Part shown: positions 12,839 to 25,846 of the stretch, in pieces
Layout of the letters: the number at the start of each line of letters is the position of its first letter
Position numbering within the stretch: the stretch's first letter is position 1
Program-made: the position numbers and the translations under genes
The notes under the pieces: model-generated
Databases searched by the model: none
What the model saw: the letters and a program-made list of their open reading frames with translations, nothing else
What the model was told of the DNA's origin: nothing
Source of the DNA: Octopus sinensis
Taxonomy: Eukaryota
Direction: 5' to 3'
Length of the DNA stretch: 64,000 nt
NCBI RefSeq assembly: GCF_006345805.1
Contig: NC_043001.1
Coordinates: forward strand, 76,136,001-76,200,000

Positions 12839-13702
12839 AAAAATACAAACTGGGACAAGAACGCAAAACATTTAGAAGACGATTCCGGGATTCAAACTCC
12901 CAATCTCACGGTCGTAAGTTCGATGATCTGACCACTGAGCATTATATACGTATACATACGACGGGCTTCTTTCATTTTTCGTCTACCAAATCCACTCATA
13001 AGGCTTTGGTCGGCCCGAGGCTATAGTAGAAGAAACTGGCCCAAGGTGCCACGCAGTGGGACTGAACCCCGGAACCATGTGGCTGGTAAGCAAGCTACTT
13101 ACCACACAGCCATGCCTGCGCCTGGGTAAGTATCTTCCACTTTAGCCCCAGGGCGACCAATGTCTTGTTCGTGAATGTGTTAAACGGAAATTTTGTGGAA
13201 GTCTATCGTGTGAGTGTTTGTGTGTGTGTGTGTGTGTGTGCGCGCGCGCGCGCGTGCGTGTGCGTGCGTGTGTGTGTATGTGTGTGTGTGTGTGTAGCGC
13301 GCGCATATGTGCGTTTGTCCTCCCTCCTCCACTTGGCTTGGCAATCAGTGTTGATTTGTTTCTGTTCTCTTAACGATCCGGTAAAAGAGACCAACAGTAT
13401 AAGTACAAAATATAAGTTCTGGGGTTGATTTCTTCGACTAAACCCTTCAAAGTAGTGCCCCTGCATGACCATACTCCAATGACTGACACAAGTAAAAGAT
13501 AGAAGAAAGACGCTGAGTTTTGTTAGTAATTGGCGCAGAAGTGACTGTGTGGTAAGTAGCTTGCTTACCAACGACATGGTTCCAGGTTCAGTCCCGCTGC
13601 GTGGTACCTTCGGCCAGTGTCTTCTACAGTAGCCCCAGTTCGACCAAAGCCTTCTGAATGGGATTTGGCAGACGAAAACTGAAAGAAGCCCGTCGCATAT
13701 AT

Positions 13703-13760
<58 letters not shown>

Positions 13761-13963
13761 TATGTATATGTATATATGTATGTATGTATATATATATGTA
13801 TATATATGTGTGTGTGTGTGTATGTTTGTGTGTCTGTGTTTGTCCTCCCGAACAACGGTTGACAACCGATGGTGGTGTGTTTACATCCCTGTAACTTAAC
13901 GGTTCGGCAAAAGAGACCGATAGAATAAGTACTAGACATACAAAGAATAAGTCCTGAGATCGA
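12505..13963. mobile_element. Nested family B SINEs: an older plus copy split by a minus copy (about 12575-13123), followed by another plus copy (13532-13963)
   Basis: Head at 12509-12573 continues at about 13124 (GGGTAAGTATCTT) after an inverted full copy. Confidence 0.75.
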
Positions 13964-14773
13964 TAATTACGCACGGAGGTGTTAGATCCGGAATATAGAT
14001 CTACAACAAATATTCGTAAAAACTTATTACATTGATTTAATTTTGCGACAGATCTATGGATTATAAATAATTTAAATGTTGCGATGCAATTTAGAAAACT
14101 CCGATTTAGAGTTTCCAACGCGGCGTATTGAACAAAGTGATTGACGCATTGCTAGCCTACACCGACGTTATTGTTCACATGCTTGGCATAAATTGTAAAC
14201 TAAAGGAAAAGAGGAGGAAATAAATAGACTTAAATAGAGTGGACGTTGGGGATGTTTATGTATGAGACCACATTTTCTATAATATAGACAAAATTATAAA
14301 TATGTATAAAAAAATAAGTGAAACACAGGTATGCAATCCCAGATATCTTAAAAGAGAATGAACGAGAAAATATGGACAAACTATCTAAATAAAAATAATG
14401 TGTGCACATATGTGGTGAGGATTGTTCTCAACTGTTATGATAAAACAACTGCTATGCCGATGAGATCTACCGAGGCAGAAACACGTATGGACAGCTCTCC
14501 TCTTGTCGACAGACTGTGTTTCCTTTAATCGCATCTCAGATTTGGAAAAATTTTGATTCTTGATTTTTATCTTTCCTTCCCGTTTTGGTGTTGGTTCCGA
14601 TTGCTACCAAGCGATTTTTGCACTATAGCAGAAAGCGAAAATAATTTCAGTAAATAAAGAATTTATCTCTTGTATGGTAATATGGTATTTAATACATCCT
14701 TATTCGTCATATGTGTGTGTGTGTTTGTATGTATGTGTGCATGCGCGTATGTATACATATATATGTGAGTATA

Positions 14774-14805
<32 letters not shown>

Positions 14806-16414
14806 TGTGTGTGTGTACATAAATATATATATATATATATATACACACACATATATATACATACACACACACATACAAACACACACATACACATACATAT
14901 ATACAAATAATGACTTACAGGTTTAATTTTTTTAGCAAATACCTTTCGCTATTTCCAAAGCTCATGTAAGACATTGAATCTGATCTGTATGCACAGTTGA
15001 ATTATTTCAAAGTATTTCTTTCTCGTTCCAACGTTTAAAATGTATATGATTCATAACAGTCAAATCATGTCTGTCAATGTTATATGAAATCAAAGAATTA
15101 TAGTTAGACAGTGTATTTATATTACATTATTTCCATTAAAACAGACATAAATAAAAAAAACTGCTCTACAGTTATCTTAAAGTCGTACTGAATCGTCTTC
15201 GAATTTCTTATCTTGATTTAAGTATGCATAAGTATACATACTTATGTTTGTGAATGAGTGTATTTGCACGTGTTTATAAATTCACACTGGATAAGTACTC
15301 TCACTCGAAATCTGGAATATTTCTCGACAATGGCCATTTTGCAGTTTTGCTTGTAGGCATTTTAACAATTTCAAACACTTAGAATTTCTCATATTAAATA
15401 CGCAATTATCAGTATGAAATTTGATGTTGCGTCCTTTTTTTTTTTTTGTTATTTATATTTTTTATTTTATTTCATTACTTTTCCCCCAATTTCTAACTCC
15501 TAGGTCTGGAACTTTATAAAATCTCAAACAGACAGTGGATTTTTCGCTGAGGTAATCAATGTAACACAGGCATTTGCAACAATGAAATAGCACTAATTTT
15601 CTATTTTCCTTCTTTGTAATGTCAAATCGAATACACAGAATCTGAAACATGCCAAACAAAATGCTTACCAGCATTTCTTCCGGCTCATTACATTCTGAGT
15701 TTAAATGCAGTCGAGATCAGCTTAGCCTTTCATCTCTTCAGGGTCGGTAAAACAAAATACAATTTCATATAATCAACAAGCTCCATCTCTCAAAATTGTT
15801 GCCCATAATGGACTGGCGTTTCGTTCAAAGGAGTGCTTTGATTTGCATCACTTATACGCCATGGAAAACAGATACTCAGCTTTATGAGTCTTGGAGCTCC
15901 AGAAAAATTGAAAACGTTAAAATGACCGATCACGAAATTTTTAATATAAGCTGATGCAATAGCGATTTTCCGCTCGTATGTGCGTAACTGCATTCTCTGT
16001 TGAAGTGCCATCGGTATCTAAGAAGAGGCAGTCTTATTAAGCTCACATTGGTAAAAGCCTTATGGCATTCTGGGATCCCAGAACCAGAACATGCTACAGC
16101 ATCAAAAGGAAAGAGGAATGAAGCGCAAAAGATGTTCATGGTTGATAGCGAATGGAAAGTTGCCATGTATATATGTATGTATGTATGGATGTATGTATGC
16201 ATGTATGTATGTATGTATGTATGTATGTATGTATGTATGTATGTATGTACGTGTGTATGTAGATGTGTATGATGAATGCATGTGTGTATGTATGTATGTC
16301 TGTATGTATGATGTATGTATGAATGTATGTATGTATGTATGATGTATGCATGTGTGATAAGTGAATTTATGATACATGCATGATGTGTGCATGTATGTAT
16401 GTATTTATGTACGT

Positions 16415-16454
<40 letters not shown>

Positions 16455-16519
16455 TGTGAATTTATGTTCCCTTTTTGATTTTGTGTAAATTAAAAAGGAA
16501 AGCGAAGGAAAGCATTTTA

Positions 16520-16830
16520 TTTTGTTCATCATCCTTTAAACCTTAAGATCTTGCAGATTTCTAAAGTCCCTGATATCGTGTTCATTTGGAGAGTATGAAT
16601 TAAGGATTATGAATTGTGATGTATGATGTATATCTGTATGTATGTATGTATGTATGTATGTATGTGTGTATGTATGTATGTATGTATGTATGTATGTATG
16701 TATGTATGTATGTATGTATGTATGTATGTGTGTATGTATGTATGTGCGTATGTATCCTTAAAAACACAAATATAAATATATGCATGCGTACGTACATATA
16801 TCCAATCATACATACGTAAATATATATATA

Positions 16831-16868
<38 letters not shown>

Positions 16869-17750
16869 TATATACGAGCATACATTGATACATGCATGCA
16901 TAAAACATGTAAATTCGTACTTACATATACATTCATACATACATGCATACATCATACATACATACATACATCATACATACATACATCATACATATAGACA
17001 TAAATACATACACACATACATACATAAGTAGAGTATGGATTTAAGGATCCCAATTTCAGCCATACTTTGCTCCAGAGGGGATCATATGTATCCTGCTGCT
17101 CCAATCATAATGGTGTAAAGCTGAAAGTGCATCTTGGATACTGGGTTTTCAAACTCCTTATTAGTGGTCCATAGATGTTCTCTATCTCTTGTATTTTATT
17201 TCATTACTCCCCCACCCCCACCAAATTTCTAACTCTTGGGTCTGGAGCTTTATAAAATCTCAAACAGACAGGCATCTGCAACAATGGAATAGCACTAATT
17301 CTCTAGTTTCTTTCTTTGTAATGTCAAATCGAATACACAGAATCTGAGACATGCCAAACAAAATGCTTAGCAGCATTTCTTCCGGCTTATTACATTCTGA
17401 ATTTAAATGCAGTCGAGATCAGCTTAGCCTTTCATCTCTTCAGGTCCGGTAAAACAAAATACCACTGGTATCCAGAAGGCAGCTGATGTCCACAACAGAA
17501 CGTATCTTCGCCTTGCGATCTCACGCAACAATGTCTGGCCGGTTCTGTTTTTACTTGGAGGCTGTTTTAATTTTTAAGTTCCACCAATATTTCTTTGGCC
17601 CATCGGTCTCAATATAGTCAACTTCGTCTTCTGCTGTTTTCTTTGTGTGTGTATGTACTCAATATTATCTTGGTAATAATCTCATAACCTGCATTTAAAA
17701 GCTCCTGTACTGTTATTGAATACCATATGGCTTCATACAAGGTTGTGGAA
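16520..17750 (-). pseudogene. Fragmented R4/Dong-like non-LTR retrotransposon 3' end (RLE endonuclease)
   Basis: Minus-strand peptides KYWWNLKIKTASK*KQNRPDIVA*DRKAKIRSVVDISC, IMIGAAGYI and LIHTLQMNTISGTLEICKIL are collinear with the C-terminus of the 33.5-35.4 kb LINE; followed downstream by (CATA)n. Confidence 0.7.
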
Positions 17751-17922
17751 CTCCATTAGTGTATACAACCAATATAAAAATTTATAGAAAAAGAAATTGA
17801 AAACACAGGCTTTAATTACAAATTGCAAAATTTGTTTCTGTGCCGTTGCTTGAGTTTTAAGTTGCTGAGTTGTCATTCTTATATCATTACATAAAATTTT
17901 TCTATAAATAATCATATAAATT

Positions 17923-18094
17923 AGGCGTAGGAGTGGCTGTGTGGTAAGTTGCTTGCTTACGAGCCACATGGTTCCGGGTTCAGTCCCACTGCGTGGCACC
18001 TTGGGCAAGTGTCTTCTACTGTAGCCTCGGGCCGACCAAAGCCTTGTGAGTGGATTTGGTAGACGGAAACTGAAAGAAGCCCGTCGTATATATG

Positions 18095-18129
<35 letters not shown>

Positions 18130-18340
18130 TTGCGTGTCTGTGTTTGTCTCCCCAACATTGCTTGACAACCGATGCTGGTGTGTTTACGTCCCCGTAACTT
18201 GGCGGTTCGGTAAAAGGAGTCCGATAGTATAAGTACTAGGCTTACAATGAGCAAGTCCTGCGTCGAATTGCTCGACTAAAGGCGGTGCTCCAGCATGGCC
18301 GCAGTAAAATGACTGAAACAAGTAAAAGAATAAAAGAGTA
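17923..18340 (+). mobile_element. SINE family B, full length
   Basis: Complete head, CORE-like block, internal microsatellite and tail. Confidence 0.9.
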
Positions 18341-18978
18341 AATGAATATGATTCGGCTACAGCCGTGTGCCAATACTTCATCACGTAGATTGTACGTATG
18401 GATGAATGAAGGATGGATGGATGGATGAGTGGATGGATGGATGAATGAATGAATGTGTATATTATGTATATGTATATGTAATGTCATGTATATATGTATA
18501 ATGTTTGTATGTTTGTACATATGCATATATGTTTGTATGTATGTTTGTATGTATGTATGTGTGAACGTATAAATGTATGTACATATATATTTGAATGTCA
18601 TGTATGCATGGATGTAAATACGCATATGTAAGTACGAATTTACATATGTTTTATGTATGCATGTATCAATGTATGTTCGTATATATATATATATATGTAT
18701 GTACGTATGTATGATTGGATATATGTACTTACGCATGCATATATCTATAGTTGTATGTTTTTTAAGGATGTGTCTGTGTACGTAGTTATATATTTATATA
18801 ATAATACACGAATGTAATGAAAGCATATATGTATGTGTACATGTATGTACGCTTTTATGCGCATACATATATAAGCATTTACATATATATGTACGTGTAG
18901 GCTCCCGAGCGTTATACTAATACATCTGTTTGTTTTCTACACCACCTGTCTTCGTCTTTTGTTTTTTTCGTGAATTCT

Positions 18979-19038
<60 letters not shown>

Positions 19039-19934
19039 TCAGGAACTATTAGACCTGACACCGTATATTAACCGGTATTGTTCAAACGATGAATAGCCTT
19101 CGCGTAAATCACTGGTTCGTTTTGTTCTCTTACTTTATTGTCATCTTATAATCATCTCATAATAATGACCTTTATGACTCGTATTACTACCTCAGTCAAT
19201 CTAAATGTATATATTTGTCACTACCTGTCATAAAGAGCCTTTTTCTATTTGCAATATGCATTTTCGTTGATTTTTCATATTTTACCCTTACATTTCCACG
19301 TGTATTTTATATTTTCTTTTCGTAACATATTTCTACTATATATATATATATATATAATACACACACATACACACACACACACAACACGCACATATATACA
19401 CTAACAGGTGATAAAAACCACTGTTTAGAAGTTTGTTGGTGATCATTAACTGTTGTGTACGACTTCTCTTCCGCCGGGTTGTTGTCATTCACTGTAGTGT
19501 ACAACACACTTCCGTTGGGTAGTTAGGACTGGCTTCCGTCCGTTGACAGATATCGTTCTGTCGGTGTTTTGCAGCGTAAGGTTAAGACGTGAGTACGGTT
19601 TCTGTTCATTTCTCTGCAATACGTAGGGTTTCCCTATCGCTAACATTTTATCGGTAGTAATTTTGTTTCAGCATTATTCAATGTTTATAGTTTGTAAGTG
19701 TATATATTGATTTAAACTACATGCATATTTATTTATTCTATAATTAAGAGTAGTCTAAATAGTTCCCAAGTAATAAGCTCGTGGGCCGTTTATTTATAAT
19801 GGATCGTTTAGTTTCTTTGCAGTTAAATGTTATTAAATTTTTATGTTTCAGTAATAGATGTATGTGTGTGTGTATGTATGTATGTATGTATTATGTATGT
19901 ATGTATGTATGTATGTGTATATATATATATATAT

Positions 19935-20268
19935 CTTTTACCTTTTACTTATTTCAATCATTGGGGCACCGCCTTGAATGGTTTTAGTCGAGTAAATCGA
20001 CCCCAGGACTTATTTTTCAAAGCCTGGTGCTTATTCTATCGGCCTCTTTTGCCGAACCGCTAGGTTATGGGGACGTAAACACATCAACACCGGTTGTTGA
20101 GCAGTGGTGGGGGTCAAACAAAGACACAAACACTCGCACATATAGATATATACATATATATCAGCCCGAGGTTATAGTAGAAGGCATTTGCCCAAGGTGC
20201 CACGCAGTGGGACTGAACCCAGAACCATGTGGTTAGGAAGGAATCTTCTTACCACACAGCCACGCCTA
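19935..20268 (-). mobile_element. SINE family B with internal deletion
   Basis: Sequence match to family B. Confidence 0.85.
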
Positions 20269-21168
20269 TATATGTAATATATAAAGAAATTCTCCATTCT
20301 GATGGAACTGCTGTCGCTAAGGAGCTTATATTCTTTGACAACATTCTTTGCCAACACCATGTCACCCGTCTTGACTAATGGCAGCCTATCTTCTGGTAGC
20401 TACCTTTGATTTCCTATACCTATTCATTCGGCAATACAAAGCCTGAAAGAGACGGGCTCCCGTTAGGAGCCTACGAAACTTGAAGTTTCCTTCAACCGAA
20501 TCCATTCGCAAGGCTTTGGATATATTTTGTTGTATTGAACTTGTTTCATAGTTATTGATTTAAGTTTGTCCTTTTCCTTGTACATTGTTCGACGACAGTG
20601 TTTACCTACAATGAACTATTCTACTAATCGTTATTAGACTTGTTTAGGGGTGTGGTATCTTTTTCATGATGTGATGTTGATTGAGAAGTAAAGTATCTAG
20701 TTGTCTATCTTTGTTGTATTCTCTGAATGTCCTTTTTGGAGTAATAAATTATCACTATTTGTTTACTCTTATGTTGCTACTTGTAATAAATAGGTGGATT
20801 CTCAGGCAGTGTCTAGATTTGTAAGTCTGTGGACATCGACAGAGTAAATGGTACTGTTCAGGTGTGAACAACATACGTCATGCTCCATAGTGAATTTCTT
20901 ATATCTTAGTCTTACTATTCTAGGTTGTCCTTTATTCTTCTAAAGTGGAAAGTGTCTGAGGATTCATAGCTTGTGGGTATCGCTTACTTTGGTATTGTTT
21001 GGTTTTCTTCATAGGCAACCTAACTAGGCTTGAACAACAATTAAATATTGATGTCTTGTGAGGTTCTGTGGAATATATACATAGATACATGTATACGTAC
21101 GTATTCATAATTGCATGCATTTGTGTATATTCATAGAAAAGAAAACAAAATATGAGAAATTGCTTATA

Positions 21169-22429
21169 TTAGGTAGTCAAGAACGTTCTTGCGGAATTTT
21201 TAATTTTTCTTTTAAATGATGTATTTTCAAATTAATTTTCGTTAAATTACTTTGACTTCATATATCATTTTAAAGCCCATTTTTCGCTCTATCTAATCGT
21301 GTTACACTTTTTCTTTGTGTATAATTAGGCCATTTTTTCTGGAACGTTGAAAACAACATGGACAAAAAGCAAATTCGCACAATGTTATTATTCCAGTTCA
21401 AGCTAGGCCGAAAAGCAGCGGAAACAACTCGCGATATCAACGATGCATTTGGCCCAGGAAGTAATAATGAACGTGCAGCACAATGGTGGTTCAAGAAATT
21501 TCGTAGCGGTGATGAGAATCTTGAAGCTGATAAGCGTAGTGGTCGGCCATCGGATGTTGATAACGATCAACTAAGTGCCTTATTGGAAGCCAATCCACGC
21601 ACAATTGTTCGAGAGCTTGCTTCTGAATTAGACGTAATTCTGAATTTCCAACCACTTGAAATAGATTGGAAAAACAAAAATAATTGAACGACAACCAAAA
21701 AAGAAAACGCCGTTTTGAAGTGTCGTCTTCCCTTCTTTTACGCAACAAGAACGACCCGTTTCTCAACCGGATTGTGACTTGCAATGAAAAGTGGATTCTT
21801 TACGGCAACCGGCGACGCTCAGCTCAGTAGTTGGACGCCGACGAAGTTCCACAGCACTTCCCGAAGCCAGAGTTTCACCAATAGAAGGTTATAGTGACTG
21901 TTTGGTGGTTTGTGGCCGGTCTCATCCATCACAGCTTTTTGGATCCAGGCGAAACCATTACGGCGGAGAAGTACTGTCAGCAAATGGATGACATGCATAA
22001 TAAACTCCGACAACAACAGCCAGCATTGGTCAATAGAAAAAGACCAATTCTTCTCCACGATAACATTCGGCCGCACGTCGCACAACTGACCCTGCAGACG
22101 TTGAACGAATTGGGCTACGAAGCTCTGCCTCATTCGCCATACTCACCAGACCTCTCACCTACCGACTACCACTTTTTCAAGCATCTCGACAACTTCTTGC
22201 GTGAGAAATGCTTCAAAAACCAAGACGATGCCAAACACGCCTTCAACGACTCCATCGCCACCAGAACGGAGGATTTTTACGCTACTGGCGTAAATAAACT
22301 TGTTTAGTGTTGGCAAAAGTGTGTTGGTTCTGATGGTGTTTATTTCGATTAATAAAGTTTTGCATGAGCCTAGACATTTGCATCTGAATTTAAAGGTTAA
22401 CAACCGCAAGAACTTTCTTGATAACCTAA
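21169..22429 (+). mobile_element. Full-length, inactivated mariner transposon (cecropia subfamily, Hsmar1-like)
   Basis: About 26-bp TIRs TTAGGTAGTCAAGAACGTTCTTGCGG / CCGCAAGAACTTTCTTGATAACCTAA, TA TSD; transposase from 21358 (MDKKQIR...GRKAAET) to HDN...YSPDLSPTDYHFF, with frameshifts and stops. Confidence 0.95.
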
Positions 22430-22839
22430 TAAGATGTAAGTACGTATGTATGTATGTATGTATGTATGTATGTATGTATGTATGTATGTATGTATGTATG
22501 TATGATGCATGCAGTATGAATTTGCATGGCTAAATATCTATTCATGAAGATGAATTGTAAATAGTTTCAAGGCAATTACTAAAAGCGTGCAATGAGAGAC
22601 AGGTTCGTTATCTAAACTTTAAAGGAGAAAAAGGGGCCTACGAAACGAATTATGTAAGATTTAAGACCCTTCAAAATATGATGGTTATCTAGAGTGAAAC
22701 ACTTGAGGAAATAACTCTGCATTTAGTGAAGTAGTCTAAATTGTGCCATAGCTACATGTACGCACATGTTTAATGTGATGGTGGTGTTTCATAAGGTCTC
22801 GGTGAATGTGGGGGTTATTATGGTAGTGCTTAGTGTGAT

Positions 22840-23340
22840 AGTTGATGTGTGGGAGGGACATAGTGGTTGTTGTAGGTATTGTCGCTGTGGTTAATGTGCT
22901 CATTGTTGTGATGGTTGATGTGGTGGTAGTGGTGGTAGTCATCGTCGTCGCGATGGTCATGGCGGTAGTCGTATTTATAGTAGTAGGTATTATGATGGTC
23001 GATGTGGTTGGTGTAGTGTTGATGATTGTAATGGTTGTGAAAGTTAGTATGATCGCTGTTATAGTAATGGTTGTTGCAGTGGTTCCGATGGTTGTTGTGG
23101 TAGTAGGTGCGGTGGTGAATTTGTTAGCTGATGTTCTGATGATTAGATTGGTGATGTTTGCTGTAGTTGCGATGACGGTTGTGGTGGTGGTTGTTGTTAT
23201 GGTTAGTGTGGTCTTTGCTCTTATAGTCGCAATGGTAGTTGTTATTGCAAAGGTTTGTGACTGCGGCGATGGTAGTGGTCCTGGTCGTGGTCGTGGTGGT
23301 TTAGCGGCAGCGGAGTGGTGATGGTGATGGTGATGATGTT
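22840..23340. repeat. Degenerate (GTG/GAT)n trinucleotide low-complexity tract
   Basis: Direct inspection; gives a spurious poly-Val ORF. Confidence 0.85.
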
Positions 23341-23785
23341 GGTACGGCCGTCACCATTGTTGTTGCAGTCGGTGCGCTTACTTTTTTCCTGTTTGGAGTG
23401 ACTACAATCTCCCGTGGCCAATTAGCATTCTTTGACCAGAATCAATGCCTACCCGCCAATACCCGCCAAAAAATGGTGCCATCCATAATATTTTTACTAC
23501 GAAGAGCAGAACAACAAGATGTCCACCTCACCATACATGTTCTTCTCCATGATGTTCTTCATGTCACGACAGCTTTGATATATTAACGTCTGTACTAAAA
23601 TACTTTGACAACTCACTGAAAGACAAACTAGAAATTTTTATTCTCTTGGTTTCACTTTACACGAATCGAGAATATTAGTTTCCACTATGAATTATAAGTT
23701 TCTCGTTCTTATCGTCGTTGTTGTACTTGTTTGCATATTTATTTAGTTGTTTGTTGTTGTTTTGTGATGGAAATAGGCTAAAAAA

Positions 23786-23838
23786 TCACTGAGAAAGTTC
23801 TAGAGTGTAGGAGTGTATATAAGGAGATGGGGGGGCGG
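23786..23838 (-). promoter_or_regulatory. Candidate core promoter (GC box, TATA, Inr) for a minus-strand transcript
   Basis: On the minus strand: CCGCCC (23838-23833), TATATA starting at 23821, TCAGT initiator with A at 23790 (TATA at -31); a GTAAGC donor follows at 23381. Confidence 0.5.
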
Positions 23839-24321
23839 AATACTTATAAGACAAGGGGATAGTAAACCGAGGCGGTTTGCTTTGCTTTCTAGCTGTGCTG
23901 CTGCTGTTGTTACTATTGCTACTGCTGCTCATCATGATGATGATAATGGAAGGGTTCCTGAGTGTGGATGTGTGTATTGGCTGGAGATAGAGTGTGTATG
24001 TGCGTGTGTGTATGTGCGAGTATGTGTGAGAGAGAGAGACAGAGACAGAGAGAGATGATAGGTGGAGAGGTGAGGGATTACAACATTTGACTGCATGCGA
24101 TAAAACAACACGACCTCCAACCCCTACCCCTACCATCTCTTCTTCCACCGCTTCCTTAATCCGCATCCTCACCCGCCCACCCTCATTCCCTACCCCCGCC
24201 GAGACCACGACAATCATCACCGCCCCACCCATCCACCCACCCACTCCCGATTTCCTCTCACCTCACTCTTCACTTCTAGTTTGAAATAAACGAGCTAATA
24301 AAATATGGTCTGACTCAATAT

Positions 24322-24356
<35 letters not shown>

Positions 24357-24877
24357 TATATATATATACAAACATATACACACCCATGCACAAGTGACAC
24401 AGACATACTCACAACAACAGCAATAACAACAGTGGCAAGTACACAAACTTAAAAAGATAACATTCACTGGAATGGTAAAGTCGTCTGAATTTCGAGAAAG
24501 AATATGAAGTTATTTTACAGAAAAAGAATTCCTATGAAATACACACACTTACACACACACTTACACACTCACAAACACACACACACACACACGCACACAT
24601 ACATACATACATACATACATACATACATACATACATACATACATACACACATACATACATACATACACACATACATACACACGCTTACATATGCACACAC
24701 ACGCACACACATATGTATACACACAAATACATCTATATATATATAAACATATGCAAACACAATCATGCATAATATATATGTGTATGTACGTACGTACTTA
24801 CAAATAATGTGTGTGTATATATATATATATGTGTGTATATTTATGTATGTGTGTGTATATATATATATATAAATATT

Positions 24878-24912
<35 letters not shown>

Positions 24913-25527
24913 TTGCATGTATATGTCTATGTTTATGTAATTTTGTATTTATATGTTATTCTCATCGTTTTGTTTTTGTTTGTTTTTCTATTTTGTCTTC
25001 TTTTTAAAGTTTTTTTTTTTCTCAAGAGCATTTTAGAAACAATTGAAGCTTGCAATTCTGTTAGAAATGACACCGACTTATTAATCTTTATTCGGTACTT
25101 TAGTACGCAACCATTTTAACTCTGCGTTTCTTTCGATTCAAACCGTAGAACCAAGTGAAAGTCGTCTACCTATAACCATCCGATCTTTTATTTAGACAAA
25201 ATGTATTTGGAACTACATTTTCTGTAGCCTTCCGTTGTTGCCCCTTTCAGACAAAGCATAGAGGCCACGGGGTCGAAAGCTTGTGAACATAGCTATCTGC
25301 TGACGATACGGAAAAGTTTCTAACGTTGTAATGGATTTAGAAAAGAGCTTGAAAGTTCTCTGATGAGCTCCTACACTTTCAGCGTGAAGCAAAGCATATT
25401 CGATGTTTCACCAAAAACTATATTTTCTGTGTCCTTCTGATTTCATGACAGCTAAGGTGTGATTTGAGCAAAATTAAGCTGATATTTCTAGTAGTTCGGA
25501 TTTGTTAAGTGAGTGGAAAGCCTATAC

Positions 25528-25846
25528 CGGGCAGTTTTCAACCATTTTTTTTTCTATGGAATACTTTGATTACTATTCTATTCTGATAGAACCCATAACT
25601 ATTCGATGTTTAAAAATTAATTTTATAGATCATTTTTTTCAAAATCCCTATTTTGTTATTTATGCATTAACTTGTAAAGGTTGATGTAAAACGTTAGAGA
25701 AAGAAACCTAACTGTTTCTTCCAATAAATACATCAAAATCAAAACGTTTTCATGGACATGTAGCATACCACTGTGGATCCCCAATTTACTATATGGCTTC
25801 CATGGACACCGCAACACCTTATATGGACCCCGGTTGAGAACTACAG
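25528..25846 (-). mobile_element. hAT-type MITE
   Basis: Decayed termini related to CAGTGGTTCTCAACC, flanked by an exact 8-bp TSD GCCTATAC (25520-25527 and 25847-25854); same family as 59154-59979. Confidence 0.8.

Noticed and set aside
22842-23321. Poly-Val ORF resembling a membrane protein
   Set aside because: Low-complexity GTG/GAT tract
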